Source of the DNA: the human T2T-CHM13v2.0 reference genome, Homo sapiens | Length of the DNA: 64,000 bases | NCBI RefSeq assembly: GCF_009914755.1 | Contig: NC_060947.1 | Strand: one strand, 5' to 3' | The notes under the pieces: generated by a model | Database searches by the model: none | Told to the model about the DNA's origin: nothing | Seen by the model: the letters and a program-made list of their open reading frames with translations, nothing else | In this document: in pieces, positions 13,833 to 30,726 of the stretch | Position numbering within the stretch: the stretch's first letter is position 1 | Layout of the letters: each line of letters opens with the position of its first letter | Program-made: the position numbers and the translations under genes

Positions 13833-15242
13833 TGAAGAAGAGATAAAATGTCTCTAAATGCAAATAAATTTGAGAAATGCCTTACCAAAGAGGAAAGACT
13901 TAATTATCATCCTAATATCTGTGTAGAAAATTAGACTTAAAATTCATTGTCATGTGAAGAGGCAATCACAGAGTGTACATGTAGGGGAAAAATGTAGGGG
14001 AAAAAGTATTATAAAAGTATTTCAGAGAGTTATTAATTTAAAAAAATATGTCTCTGGATTTTTTGAAGTTTGAGGTATTTGTCAGCTTTAAATTTTTACT
14101 TTCATTTTTTCTTGCTGAAAATGTATTCACTTTTGTACCTAATTTTTTATTTATAATTTTGAGCTCAATTTTTGTAAGTTCTTCATTTTGTGGAAGTTTC
14201 AGGTCCCACAATAAGTGGATCAGTTTCTGACTGCAGTTGGAATCTCTCAATATCACCCCCACTCCAAAACCCAACCTCACTCCAAGCTAGTAGGTCCTAA
14301 GCCCAGTATTTTGTGCAGGGAGTTTTATATTTAAGCTACCTCTTGAATTTCAACAATAGGCTCTCTTCTGTTGACCAGGAGAAAATGTAAGAGGTGAAGT
14401 AACACGCTCTAATTCAGTGAATGACTGGAGGTCTGAAAATTGCTAGAAAATAGAGGAAGCCTGGTACTTGATAACAGGTGATATTTTAGGGAGATGGTGT
14501 TTTCTGAAAATTCAGGGAGGGAGAGAAGTTTAAAGAGATAAGTATCAACAGAAGAATAGAAGTGGAACATTAGAGAAAGTTAGGCACTGCTTTTTAATAT
14601 TCTACAGAGATTCAAGGAGACAGGATGATTAGATAGGGAAGGAAAAGAAGATTCCCTTTTTCTTTCCAGCACCCTTCAATACATGTAATTCACAAACATA
14701 CACACACATTTGCATATAACTTGAAAGTAGCTCTTTTAATTTGTGTAAATTACAACTTCACTTAGTTCGGTTGGTTTGTGTCCCTTTTGAAGAATTTTGG
14801 CCCAAAGAAGTCTAAACAATATCAAGAATCTGGTACCTGGAATGTCTGAACACTAACTCCAAATGGTTATTGAAGGCATCAAATCCAAATCATTGTAGGA
14901 TTGTTATGTGTGTTGTATTTAATACAAATTACTGATGATGACTCACTTTTGTCTCATGTATGACCTATCCTACCTGCAGATATTACTATTCCTTGAGGTG
15001 ATATAGTAAAGACTCAATAAATCTAAATCTGATTAGTCAAAATTTTTGTGATATAGAAGGTAGGAACTAATGGGTAAAGAACGTTTTTAAAAAATTATTA
15101 ATGCAACCCTAATGCCTCATTGCAAGATCATAAAAAGAAGAATGAACATAGATTTTATTGGGATAAGAATAAATTCTAAGACTACTTCCAATTTATTTTT
15201 ACACCTCAGTGTTATTTATATTTATAATCAAGAGGTAGCTTA

Positions 15243-15657
<415 letters not shown>

Positions 15658-18109
15658 TCATATCACCATTTTATACATAAGAAAAATGAAGTTCAGAATA
15701 TTGAAGCGTTTTTCCTAAATAACATTCCTAGTTTTATTAAGTAATTTTTATCAACAACAACAATATGTGTATTATCATCATGTGACAGGAAATGTTCTCT
15801 GCTGTTGTCTGACTCAAATAATGGCTCTTTAAATTGTGAGGGCAAATTAAAAAACCTTTCAGATGAATCAGCTTAAAATGTTCTTTGCATTTGTATGTTC
15901 TATGTCTATTTGCAACAGAACTAGAAGGGAAATAGTTTGCTTTGTGGACAAAAGACCTACTAGAATTGAGTGGAAGCTTTGTGATTGATACAGAATAAGG
16001 GCTAGAACACAGCACACTAGGATGAGTACTAGATTCAGAGTCCAGAGCTTTTGTGTTTAGCTCCATCTCTAACTCTAGCTATGTAATTGGTTTTTGTTCT
16101 ATTTTGTTTTGTTTTCCTTTTAGATGCTCAATTTTTGATCTGTAAATTGATTGTATTTGAGCAAAATGATCACTGAAGAAGGTCACTTTAATACTACTAT
16201 TTGATGAGAATAAACCTACCTTGTTGAGTAATCCTAAAGTTAGTACTGTATTATTCTTATAAAATAAGCAGCTGGAATATTTTAATAGTAACAAATGCAT
16301 GACTGAATTCTCTAGATAGTGCTCTCTGAAAATTTATGGACTTCTGGGACAAGTTTTCTTAGGAATCATGTTCAATAGTAAGTTATGATGCTTATAGAAT
16401 TTTTAAGAAATATAAAATGTGAAGAGGCAAGATATAAAAGAGAAACAGGAAGAAAGCCAAGGTCATAAAATGATTTGAACATGAAAGCAAAATTATGAGG
16501 TCGGCTATGAAGGTCAGTCACCAAGGTAGTAAGGAGTGAGGTAAAGAGCTCTAAAGCTGGAACTATTTAGGCAACTGAGATCCCATTTACCCAAGTGCAT
16601 TTTCTGAAAGGTGCTATGCTAGCTTGGAAGAGCCAATACAATCTAGGAGTCAGTCATATTGCTCTCTTTGGAGCATTCTCAGCTACAAGACCCAAAGCCC
16701 AGCTTTGCTTTCATCATGAGATGCTCCTCAAATAACCAGCCTATGAAATGGTAAGTAATAAAATGTTCAGTCTTGTGCCTCTGGACATTATTACAATAAA
16801 AGAGAAGGTGACACTAATGACTATAAATCCCTAAAGAAAATATTTTCAATGGATAATGAAATTATACATTCTCATAGTCTCCCAATTATCCAAAGCTGCA
16901 TGTGGACATTTTTGGTAGGCATTCTGGTAGCTTCCATTCTTTAAGCATATCTAGCTGTAGGAAATTGTGTTTTATTGTTGTTGTTGCAAACCAATTTTTC
17001 AATTTATTTTCAAATTAGGCCATTGGGAAGGTGAGTAAGAATGTTTGGCTAGGATAGATAGATAGCTTCATATTAAAGAACTTACTTTGTGTAATTATTT
17101 CTACTTTATTAACCGAGCTTTCAGAAAAAAATACATCATTGTGTATTTTAATAATATTTCTAATTCTCCAAGATAAATTGAAAGAAAATATTATACAAAG
17201 ATTATAAATAATACATTGTATCAATTAAATTGAACAGGGAAATTGAAGATTTAGAAGATAAAACATTTAAGCATTTAAGGGGTAATGTACGAAAAAAAAA
17301 CAAAGCATTTTCAGGGTACAGATTACCAAAAACTCATTTTGCTACAGAATACCCTCACCAAAAAAGAGTGAATTACCCTTCAAGACTCTAATGAAGATAA
17401 TTTTGTCAAGGTCATTAGCTGCTCAATAGTGTTTTATAAGAGCTGTAAAAGAATTGCACCTGGATTCTCTCACAATTGTTTGTATATCAGGAAAAGGGAA
17501 ATGGTGTGCAGATTGGTTACCAATTATATTAAAATATTAGTTACAGCACTTGCAAATGTTTTTGAGTCATAATAACAGGCAGAAAACAGGTTCAGAGTCA
17601 TCTGTTATAAATTCTAGTTTCACAACAGGCACAGATGCATCAGTTCATGCCTAATTATACTCTTCCATGTGAGATATAAAATACTTCAGGGTTTCTGTAA
17701 TAGAGACTCATTAAAACAGTTAAGATATAATTTTAAAACTCTTTCTACCAGGGCTAATGTTAATATAGAAACTAATTGCTCTGATAGGCCTTTGGGACCC
17801 ATATTTACCAAAGTGCCATTCTTTTTGGCTTACCTAGATTCTGTAGCCACATTTACTTCCTGACAATGAAACTTCTATTGGAAACCCATTTTTTATACTT
17901 GAGAATGAATTTGGATAGTTCATAGAAATAAGAATAATTATTTTGGATTACTAGTTTACAGAAAAAAGAGAAAATATGACACTACAAAAATTCTAAAGCT
18001 ATAAATAGTTAAATTCAATATCACATTCATCATCAAACCCAGCCAATCTGAAGCTCTCACATATTGATATAATTGACTTTAATTTAGTCATCTGTCATTT
18101 TTCATTTCA

Positions 18110-18710
18110 TATTCTTCAGTTCAATTAATCAAATACCTATTAGGTGCAAGTTTCTCTGATAGAGTTAAAGTTGAATACGATACAGGCTTTGCCCTCCTCT
18201 CATTCATGGGACTGCCAAATAAATGGAAGAGGCAAGTAAGTACTAAGCAACTAATACAAGGCAGACTATCATAAAGATTATAACGTAGTTCAAGTAAAGG
18301 GTAACAGGTGAACATGGAGGGAAATGTAGACAGGATGAAGAAAGGCTTCACAGAGGATATTACACTTGAATAGGTCTTTAAGGTGTACATATAACCTCAA
18401 CATAGGGAATTTGGAAAGAAGAAAAAGAGTTCAACATAAGTAAAACATGGATGCAAAAGACAGAGAGTGTGTATGTCATAGTGTGGTTGAAGTATCAGCA
18501 TGTACTAGGAAAATATGGCTAGATAAGCTGTTGCCAGACACTAAGAGTCGAGCGGAAAATTTTGGATTTTATTTTGCATACAATAAGAAATAATTGAAAG
18601 GTTTTTTTGAGGAGAGTAACAAGTTGGCATTTCCTTTGTTGGCAGTGTAGAGACATAATAAAGAAGAAGAGATTAGAGATGAGAAGACCAGTTAAGTGGC
18701 TATTTAAAGA
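18110..18710 (-). mobile_element. L2 fragment
   Basis: aatcaaatacctatta..; gaaggcttcacagagga; tttggattttattt..; gagaagaccagttaag. Confidence 0.6.
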
Positions 18711-18914
18711 GAGGTTTAAATTAAATGATTGTAAAATAATTAGAAAAAAGCATCTTGGAATTAAGACACACTAATTTCCTTATAGGCTTGAAAATAACCA
18801 GGCAATATTATCATGTTCATTTGTGTTCATGCTTTGCATGATATTACAATATGCATGAGGATTAAAATGATCATAATATTACACCACTAAATCTTAGAAA
18901 GATCTAAAGTAGGT

Positions 18915-19301
18915 CATTAGAAACATGTGAGTAACCATCTCCAGTACCTCAGAATTTGACTGTATTTGGAGACAGATCCTTTAAAGAGGCAATTAAGTTA
19001 AAATGAGATTATTATGTTGAGTCCTAATCAAATAAGACTGGGTTCTTTCTTATAAGAAGAGGAAATTTGAACATAGGCACACACAGAGGGAAAAAAATTG
19101 AAGACACAGACAAAAGACCATCTACAAGTCAAAAAGAAATGCCTGGATCTGATCCTTTTTTCATAGCTCTGAGAAGGCACCAATCCTACCGACACCTTAA
19201 TCTTGGACTTCTAGCATCCAGAATTGTGAGAAAATAAATTTCTGTTGTTTAAGCAACCTAGTCTCTGCTATTTGGTTACAGCTGACCTAGCAAACTAATA
19301 A
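18915..19301 (+). mobile_element. MLT1B/C-like MaLR LTR
   Basis: ccagtacctcagaatttgactgtatttggagacag ... cctagcaaactaata. Confidence 0.85.
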
Positions 19302-19484
19302 AAGTTTGCTATGGTTAATCCAGATAAGATGACCTCAATTAACAATTTCTGCATGTCTATAATAATGAAAAATATGGTCAGAAATCTGTGTCAATAACTA
19401 GAACAAAAAATGAACACAAATGAACATTACACCACCTTGGTTGTCATGCACATCATCCAAAAACATGGATAGATTATGAAACTA

Positions 19485-20671
19485 CAGCTATAAATCACTT
19501 AAAGATAGGAATACGTCCTGAGACATATGTAATTAGTCAATTTTGTTGCTGTGAGACATCGTAGTGTATTTATGCCAACCTAAGTAGATTAGAGTACTAC
19601 GCACCTAGGCGGTGTCACATAACCTATAGTTCCAAGGCTACAACCTGTATTGTATATCACTGTACTGATTACTGCAGTCAATTGTAACATAATGGCAAGT
19701 ATTTGTGTGTCTAAACATATCTAAACATAGAAAAGATACAGTAAAAATACAGTATGAAAGATAAAATGTGGTACAGCTGTATAGGGCACTTATGGATGCA
19801 GTTTGGAGGACTGGAAGTTGCTGTGGATGAGTCAGTGAGTAAGTGGTGAGTGTGAAGGCCCACAATATTGGTGTAAACAACTGTAGACTTTATAAAAACT
19901 GCATGCTTAGGCTACATTACATTTATTTTAAAATATTTGTCTTTATTAATAAATTAACCTTAGCTTACTGTAACTTTTTTACTTCATAAACGTTTTAATT
20001 TTTTTAACTTTTTGACTCTTTTTTAATAACACCTTAAAACACAAACACATGACATAGCTGTAAAAAACTATTTTATTTTATCCTTATTCTTGAAGCTTTT
20101 TGCCATTTTAAATATTTTTTGCTGTTTAAACATTTTGTTAAAAAAAGACACAAATGCAAACATGATCCAGGCCTAAACAGAGTCAGGATTATCAATATCA
20201 CTGTCTTCCAGTGCCACACCTTGTCCCACCGAATGGTCTTCAGGGGCAATTCCACATATGGAGCTGTCATCACCTATGATAACAATGCTTTCTTCTATAA
20301 TACCTCCTAAAGGACCTATCTGAGGCTGTTCTGCAGTTAACACTTCTTTATAAGTATAATAGAACACTCTAAAATAACAATTAAAAAGAGTAAATACATA
20401 AACCAGTAATATAGCCATTTATTATCATTATCAAGTATTATGTACTCTGTGTAATTGTATGTGCTGTACTTGTATATGAATGGCAGCACAGTAGGTTTGT
20501 TTAAACCAGCATCACCACAAATCTGAATAATGCATTTTGCTATGATGTTATGACAGCTACATATATGACACTAGGTCACGGGAATTTTTCAGCTCCATTA
20601 TAATCTTATGGGACCACTGACATATATGCATTTCATCATTGACCAATACATCATTAAATGGCATGTGACTG
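19485..20671 (-). mobile_element. Tigger3b-like (Tc1/mariner) non-autonomous DNA transposon
   Basis: CAG...CTG termini each flanked by TA (19483-84, 20672-73); right end is the reverse complement of the Tigger3 start (ggtcccataagattataatggagctgaaaaattcc). Confidence 0.88.
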
Positions 20672-20895
20672 TATATAATAATTTGGGATTGTTAGTTAAT
20701 GAATGCATACAATTATCCTTCAAACATGGCTTGATAAAAGAATTCTAATAAAGGCATAAATACAAATGTAACAATATTTTACAAAGTAACTGTTCTGAAA
20801 TTATTAGAATAAAGATCTTTAATCTTGTCTCCAAACCTCCATTCTCTTCAACCTATAATATTAATTATTATAGTATATACCAGATGAGCATTCTT

Positions 20896-21753
20896 TTTTT
20901 TTATTATACTTTAAGTTTTAGGGTATATGTGCACAACATGCAGGTTTGTTACATATGCATACATGTGCCATGTTGGTGTGCTGCACCCATTAACTTGTCA
21001 TTTAATATTAAGTATATCTCCTGATACTATCTCTCCCCCCTCCCTCCACCCCACAACAGGCCCCGGTGTGTGATGTTCCCCTTCCTGTGTCCATGTGTTC
21101 TCATTGTTCAATTCCCACCTATGAGTGAGAACATGCGGTGTTTGGTTGTTTGTCCTTGCCATAGTTTGCTGAGAATGATGGTTTCCAGCTTCATCCATGT
21201 CCCTACAAAGGACATGAACTCATCCTTTTTTCTGGCTGCATAATATTCCATGGTGTATATGTGCCACATTTTCTTAATCCAGTCTATCATTGTTGGACAT
21301 TTGGCTTGGTTTCAAGTCTTTGCTATTGTGAATAGTGCCACAGTAAACATACGTGTGCATGTGTCTTTATAGCAGCATGATTTATAATCCTTTGGGTATA
21401 TACCCAGTAATGGGATGGCTGGGTCAAATGGTATTTCTAGTTCTAGATCCCTGAGGAATCGCCACACTGACTTCCACAATGGTTGAACTAGTTTACAGTC
21501 CCACCAACAGTGTTAAAGTGTTCTTATTTCTCCACATCCTCTCCAGCCCCTGTTGTTTCCTGACTTTTTAATGATAGCCATTCTAACTGGTGTGAGATGG
21601 TATCTCATTGTGATTTTGATTTGCATTTCTGTGATGGCCAGTGATGATGAGCATTTGTTCATGTGTGTTTTGGCTGCATAAATGTCTTCTTTTGAGAAGT
21701 GTCTGTTCATATCCTTTGCCCACTTTTTCATGGAGTTGTTTGTTTTTTTCATG
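20896..21753 (-). mobile_element. Young L1PA (PA3-5-like), 5'-truncated, with 14-bp TSD
   Basis: TSD agatgagcattctt at 20882-20895 and 21754-21767; poly-T tail; ORF2 C-terminus. Confidence 0.97.
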
Positions 21754-22814
21754 AGATGAGCATTCTTAATCCAGAGTTATGATCATATTTCTTCTTTACT
21801 CTGTATCTTCCACATTTCATCCACTGCTTCCCTTCTAGTTACTGTGCATGCTAGAGGTGAACTCAAGGCTTTCACTTATTTCCAAGGTGGAGTATTTTTT
21901 ATTGTCTATCATTCTCCTTCCCATCCCAAGATGTTGGTCAGAGTTTTAATAGTGGGCTACAGCCTGTTGATCTCACCTTAGTTTTAATTGATCAGCAGCC
22001 CTTTCTAATGTGTTGGTTTTCTGTTTTAGGACTGACTCCTGTATCTCCTTTACATTTTCCACAGATCTTGTCCTGTTAGGCTTAGTCCATTAGTCAGGAT
22101 CTGGATATATATGGTAAACAGAAATGTTGATGATAACATTTCTGACTGGTACCAGGTTATCTGACTGAATTATTCCTGTTTTATCTCAAACTTTTGGTCA
22201 CATATATTGTTGTTAGTCTCTTTTGAATTAAGTATTAAGATTATAGGACTTCTTCAGATGCTATTCCTGGAATATCTGTTTATTTAGACTGTCTAAATCA
22301 GAATCTTTCTTCCTCAAGTCCACCTTGAAAAGAAAACTTCTGTTCTCACCCTGAAAGCCTGGTTTTGCTAAAGACTCATTTTGCTTCATGTCTAAACCTG
22401 TCTAGGTTTAAATGCAAATTTTGAATTCTGTGAGGTCAATGGTGCCTTGCTCTTTCATTGAATAGAAATGATGTATTTATAGTGAGGCACATATATTTTT
22501 ACTAGTTTATGATGTCAAAAATAGATAAGGACTTTTGAATGGCAAACAACAGAAATATAATCTAGTTAATATGAGAATAATATGGTTGAGATATTTAATG
22601 AAACCATTTTTATTTTTTCTAATGCCTAATTGCTAGTCGTCCTTTGGTACCTACAGCCAATGAACCAATAACAAAATACATTTGAACACAAAGGAGTCTA
22701 TTTATTAATTCATTTATTTGCCTTGGTGTATCAAAATAGAGAGTTGGGTTTTTGTCTTTGTTTCTGTTTTGAGGTTTATGAGTGTGCATGAGTGTTGTTT
22801 ACAGATTTTCATTT

Positions 22815-25800
22815 TTAGATTTTATTTTTTAACTTTTATTTTATGTTCAAAGTACACATGCAGGTATGTTACATAGGTAAATTGAATATCATGGGGGTTT
22901 TGTGTTCCCATTATTTCATCACCCAATAAATACTCAGAGTTTTTCAATCCTCACCCTCCTTCCACCTTCCACACTCAAGTAAGCCCCAGTGTCTGTTGTT
23001 CCCTTGTTTGTGTCCATGTATACTCAAGGTTCAGCTCCCACATATAAGTGAGAACCTGCAGTATTTGGTTTTTCATTTCTGCATTTGTTCACTTAGGATA
23101 ATGGCCTCCATTAATATTTCTGCAAAAGACATGATCTCATTTCTTTATTGGCTACATAGTATTCCATAGTATATATGTATCACATTTTCTTTATCCAGTC
23201 TACCATTGATGGGCATTTGAGTTGATTCCATGTCTTTGCTATTGTGAAAAGTGCTGCAATGAACATATGCATGCTTGTGTCTTTATGATTGAATGATTTT
23301 ATTCTATTTTTCTATTTTTCATATTCTTGTTGGCTGTGTGTATGTCTTCTTTTGAAAAGTCCCTGCTAATGTGCTTTGCTCACTTTGTAATGTGGTCATT
23401 TGTTTTTGCTTGTTAATTTGTTCCAGCTTCTTATAGTTTCTAGATACCACACTTTGTCAGAGCCATAGTTTGCAAATATTCTCTCCTATTTCATATGTTG
23501 TCTGTTTACTCTGTTGGTGGTTTCCTTTGCTGTGCAGAATCTCTTAATTTAATTAGGTCCCATTTATCAAATTTTGTTACTTTTTTTTTGCAATTGCTTT
23601 TGGCATTTTTGTCATGAAATATTTGCCAGGTTGTATGTCCAGAATGATATTTTCTAGGTTTTCTTTTAGAGTTTCTACAGTTTTATGTTTTATGTTTAAG
23701 TCTTTAATCTGTCTTGAGCTGATTTTTGTATATGGTGTAAGGGAGGGATCCAGTTTCAATCTTCTGAATATGACTTGCTGGCTATCCCAGCACCATTTAT
23801 TGCTTTCCCCATTGCTTGTTTTTGTCAAGTTTGTCAAAGATCAGATGGTTGTTGATGTGCAGCATTATTTTGGGACTCTCTATTCTATTCCGTTTGTCTA
23901 TGTGTCTGTTTTTGTACTAATACCATGCTGTTTTGGTTATGGTAACCTGGTAGTGTAGTTTGAAGTTGAGTAACGTGATGCCTCCAGATTTGTTCCTTTT
24001 CCTTAGGATTGTCTTGGCTATTTGGGCTCTTTTTTGGTTACATATGAATTTGAAAATTGTTTTTTTCTAATTCTCTGAAGAATGTCATTGGTAGATTGAT
24101 AGGAATATCATTGAATCTGTAGATTGTTTGGGGAAGTGTGGCCATCTTAAGAACTTTGATTCTTCCTATCCATGAGCACAAAATGTTTTTCCATTTGCTT
24201 GAGTCACCTCTGACTTTTTTGAGCAGTGTCTTATCACTCTTCTTGTAGAGATCTTTCACCTCCTTGATTAGCTGTATCCCTAGGTATTTTAATTTTTTGT
24301 GATTATTTTGAATGGGACCACATTCTTAATTTGGCTCCCAGGTTGGACGTTGTTGGTGTATAGAAATGCTATTGATTTTGTACATTAATTTTGTGTCCAG
24401 AAACATTGCTGAAGTTGTTTTTCAGATCTAAGAGCTTTTGGGCAGAAATTACGATGTTTTTTACATATAGCATTATATTGTCTGAAAGCAGAGATAGTTT
24501 GACTTCCTAACTTTCTATTTGGATGCCTTGTATTTCTTTGTCTTGCTTGTTGGCTCTGGCTAGGACTTCCAATACTATGTTGAATAGGAGTGTGAGAGTG
24601 GGTATCCTGATCTTGCTCATTTTCTTAAGGGAAATGCTTTTAGCTTTTGCCCATTCAGTATGATGTGGGCCGTGCATTTGTCATAGATTGCTCTTATTAT
24701 TTTGATGTATGTTCCTTCAATGCTTAGTTTGTTGAGGGTTTTTAACATGAAGGGATTTGAATTTTATCAAAAGCCTTTCTGTGATTATTGAGATGATCGT
24801 ATCATTTTCTTTTTAGGTCTATTTATGTGATGAATCTCACTTATTGATTTGCATATGTTTAATCACACTTGTATCCTAGGGATTTAGCCAACTTGATCAT
24901 GGTGGGTTATATTTTTGATGTGCTGGTGGATTGGGCTTTCTAGTATTTTGTTGAGGATATTTGCATGTATGTTTATCAAGGATATTGGCCTAAAGTTTTT
25001 TTGTTGTTGCTGTGTCTCTGCCAGGTTTTGGTATCAGGATGATGCTGGCCTCATAGAATAAGTTAGGGAGGAGTCCCTCCTAAATTTTTTGGAATAGTTT
25101 CGGGAGAAATGATGTCAGCCCTTTTTTATAAATATGGTAATAGTTTGCAGTGAATCTGTCTGGCCCTGGACTTTTTCTGGTTGGTAGGCTTTTTATTACT
25201 AATTTAATTTCAGAACTCATTATTTGTCTGTTCAGGGATTCTATTTCTTCCTGGTTCAATCTTGGGCATTGTATATTTTCAGAAATTCATGCATTTCTTC
25301 TAGGTTGTCTAGTACGTGTGCGTAGAGGTATTCATAGTAGTCTCTGAAGGTTTTCTGTGTCTTTGTAGGGTCAGTTGTAATGTCCCTTTTGTGTTTATTT
25401 AGATTTTTTCTTTATTAATCTAGCTAGTGTTTTATCAATCGTGTTTATTCTTTCACAACCCAACCACTAGGTTTGTCGATTTTTTGTATAATTTTTTTTT
25501 TTGCATCTCAATTCTTTTCAGTCCAGCTCTGATTTTGTTTACTTAATATTTTCTGCTAACTTTAGGGCTAGTTTTTTCTTGGTCCTCTGCTTCATCTAGG
25601 TGTAACATTAGATTATTAATTTGAGACATTTCTAACTTTTGGATATGGGTGTTTAGTGCTATAAACTTCTCTCTTAACAATGCTTTAGCTGTGTCCCAGA
25701 GATTATAGAATGTGATATCTTGGTTCTCATTAGTTTCAATTAATTTTTTTTCTTTCTGCCTTGATTTCATTGTTTACCCAAAAGTCATTCAGGAGCAGAT

Positions 25801-26826
25801 TCTTTAATTTTCATGGTATTGTATGGTTTTCAGTGATTTTCTTCATACTGATTTCTAATTTTATTGTGCTGTGGTTTGAGAGTGTGGTTGTTATGACTTT
25901 AGTTTTTTGAATTTGCTGTGGATTGCTTCTGGGCCAATTGTGAGGCTGATTTTAGAGTATGTGTCTTGTGCAGATGAGAAGAATGTATATTCTGTTGTTT
26001 TTTGATATAGAGTTCTGTACATGTCTGTTAGGCTTAGTCAGGTGACATGTTAAGGTCCCAAATATCTTTGTTAGTTTTCTTTGATAACCAGTCCAACACT
26101 TTCAGTGGGGTGTTGAAGTCCCCCTTTATTATTGTTCAGTTATCTAAGTATCTTTGTAGATCACTAAGAACCTGCTTTATGAATCTGAGTGCTCCTTGGA
26201 TGGGTGCATATATATTTAGCATAGTTAGGTCTTCTTTTGAATTGAACTCTTTACCATTTTGTAGTGCCCTTCTTTGTCTTTTCTTTATAGTTGTTGGCTT
26301 AAAGTTTCTTTTGTCTGAAATTAGGATTTCAAGCCCTGCCCTTTTCTGATTTCAATTAGCTTGGCAGATTTTTCTCCATCCCATTATTTAGAGGCTATTT
26401 GTGTCATTGATGTGAAATGGGTCTCTTGAAGATAGCATGACATTGGGTCTTGCTTCTTTATTCAGCTTGCCACTCTGTGCCTTTCAAATAAGGCATTTAG
26501 CCAATTTACATTCAAGGGTAATATTCATATGTGTGTATTTGATCCTGACGTTGTGTTGTTAGCTGTTATTTATACTGGATTGCTTGTGTGGTTGCTTTAT
26601 AGTGTCAGTGGTCTGTTTACTTATGTGTGTTTTTGTAGTAGCTGGTAATGGTCTTTCCTTTTCATATTGAGCACTCTTTTCCAGATCTCTTGTAAGACAT
26701 GTCTGGTGGCAATTAACTACATTTTCTGCTCTGTAGAGAATGTTAATTCTTCTTTACTTATGAAGCTTAGATTGGCTGGATATGAAATTATTGGTTGGAA
26801 TTTCTTTTGTTTAAAAATGCTGAATA
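22815..26826 (-). mobile_element. Older L1 (L1PA13-16/L1PB-like), from the 3'UTR through ORF2 into ORF1, with an internal deletion near 23300
   Basis: Several degenerate ORF2 frames ([36 protein letters not shown]); ends abruptly at 26826. Confidence 0.92.
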
Positions 26827-27798
<972 letters not shown>

Positions 27799-30726
27799 TT
27801 ATTCCTAAATGGGTAGGTCCCATGTTATTAGGAAAGCTCATTTTTAGCAGGTTGTGAAGTCTCATGTCCTACAAGGGGAAAATAGGGAAAAGAAGGGAGA
27901 AAAATTACAACAAAAGAGCAATCTTGGAAAATTAATATAGGCCATCTTACTCTAAAGTTCATTTATTAGTAGGCAGGGAAGAAAGTGGCTTGTGTATGTA
28001 AATAGGTTGCTGTTATTTTTTTCTGAAGTTTAAGTTGTCTAGCTTCAGTTTGCAGGGCTTTAAAAAAGCACAGATTAGTTTTCAATAATTTCAAATTAGG
28101 AAAATCAGGGGAAAATGGGAAGAAAAGGAAAACAGAGAAGGAAAAAATTGTTTAAAAAAAATTCTTATTGCACTTATGCAAAAAAACCTATATTTCCATA
28201 AGTTAAGAATACTCACAAATAGTTTCCAAATTCTGAAGAAATCAGGTAAAGAGAAACAAATATGCTCCAAATTTTGTTCATAGTAGTATACTGTACTCAA
28301 TTGCAATAAGCTATAAATAGCTCAAAAGAAACATTTTATTGACTCTAAAAAAACAAAACAAAGGAACAGCAATGTTTTGAGCAAAAAAGTCAAAAAAGAT
28401 TATTTCAGTCTTCTATGAGTTCAGCCTATGAAGGTAACTCCTGTCCTGCTTGATATTCATGAACATTCCAGCTCTCCATGAGAGTTCTGAAAGATATTCC
28501 TCTATTCTCATGTCACAATCTCAAAAGTTATTAGAACCCTGCCTTCAAGAACACCTGTTAGAGTTTTATAGCTTATTATAAAACTACTTTCTAAATAAGA
28601 CCAAAACAAGAAGACAATCGTCTGTGGATGACAAAAAGTTTTGGAGCAGCCACAGTCAAAGACACAATTGACAAGGAAGTTTATTACCTCTGTAGCACAC
28701 AATATTTTAACATAACAATTATAATTATTACTTATAATGTACACTCTCATATCAGAATTATAAGATTTTTCCATAATTTTGGAACATGTACTAATAACAT
28801 TTTGTACAAAGAAAGCCAAACATTATTTCATATTTGACAATGCTCCCTGTATGATTTTTATACCAAATAAGCCAAATACGTCATTTTTGAACTTTAGGGA
28901 ACCTAATATCTTAAAGGATTAATTAGATCAGAAAAAAACAAAAATTATAATTTTATCTTGAAAAGTTTGTCAAATATCAAAGGTTTAAAATGCTTGATAT
29001 TACAAAATAGGATCACAGGTAATTGTAAAATAAGTCAATCATTTAAGCAAAATGATAACTCAAAGATTTCAAAAAAAAGGCAAAAACCTTTATTCTTTGA
29101 GAAAGGAGACTTAGTTTTCCAAACAATAAACCCTAATAAAAACAGCATAAAGCCTATTAAATTTGTTTTTTAAAATTTTATAAACAATCTATAAAATTTG
29201 AGTCATAGGACTCATAAGATTTGGTCTTTACAGCCTTTATTAAGGGGTTGATTAATTCTTCAAGAAAACCTTGCTAATATGACACAGGGGCCCATATTCT
29301 GGTCTTGCATCAGTATGCCTTTGACATTAATGTTTCATTTATAGAGAAACTGAAGTTATTTTTTCTCTCAAAATCAGCTCTTACAACCTCGTGTGCCCAC
29401 CTCTTCTGTGATAGTCCCTTGGCCTCGAAGAGTTGAATAGCTTTACTTTCTGGCCCTGTGTCTCATGAATGCAGTTTATTTTGATTAGTATATTCTATCA
29501 GATATGAATTCAATATCTGATAGGCTCTAACTGCTGTCAGTGTTAAGATTTAGCAGGACTTGGTGTCCTTCTTAGACTAAGAAGTCAAAGCCCTGTAACT
29601 TAATGACACAAGGACTTTAAAAATACATACAGAAAGTGACACAGATTTAATCTTAATTAAATTTTTTATACTCTCAGTTTTTTTAAGCAAACCGAACTTA
29701 GTAATAATGATGTATGAATTATTTCGATAAACCATAAGATCTGTTTATCAGGCCAGTTACCCAAGGCAAAAGAAAAGACTTTGCTGTTCCCTATGGGAAA
29801 TGTTATGTTAGAAAAAAATCCTTTTAAGATATAACTTTTATTTTTATGTTTTAATTCTTAAAATTTTTTAGCATTAGGCCACAGCAGTTAGAACCCAAAA
29901 GGGGAAAAAACACAAACTTTCACAAATTGAAAATAAGTTGAAAGATAGAGTTATTATTTCATTTTTGTCCTTTTAAAATGTGAGAGAAAGCTTAAAAAAC
30001 AGCGAGACACAGTAAAAGTTGAATTTTCCATTAAAAATAGTATAATGTCTTGTAATTTAAGAGTAAAGCAATATCCTAATAAAATTTTGTAGTTTGAATG
30101 AATTCTTCAGTGTTTAAGTTTTTTTAATCAAAATTTAATCTCTAGAAAATCCATTATAATTTTCATTTAATTATATGCAACTTGATCAATGAAAGTTTTT
30201 TTTTTAATATAAATCCTCTTGTTATGATGTACATGGATCATTCATGACATGATTGGACTTTCTGGTTTGTCCTGACCATCCTTCTTTTTTAAACAACCAG
30301 TCAGTCATTTTATTCTAGGACAAATTTACCATACAAGATTCTTTCCCACATAAAATTATTTGTGTTTAACCTTTCTTACCAAAAATATCTCTTTATTTCT
30401 GTAACATTCTTTAAATCCCTCTTATTTCCTAGTTCCTTTTACATTGTTTTATACATAAACTTTAAATAATCTTTGAATTAGACAAAAATTATTCACCTTT
30501 TAAAAAGGACACATTTATTTTTTAGAAATAATGTTTTTCTACCATATTTTTATTGAAAAATACCCAATTAATAACATATCCATTATTTAATTTGATATAA
30601 CTTTAGATTCTAAATTATGACAAGTGTATTCAGAAGTATTTATCCCATTAAATTTACCTAATTGTTTTGTTTTAATAGTTTACCTAGATTATTTATAAAA
30701 ACTATGTTAGTCATCATTTACAGTTA

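Noticed and set aside
13979-14004. 13-bp tandem duplication atgtaggggaaaa
   Set aside because: Ordinary slippage event
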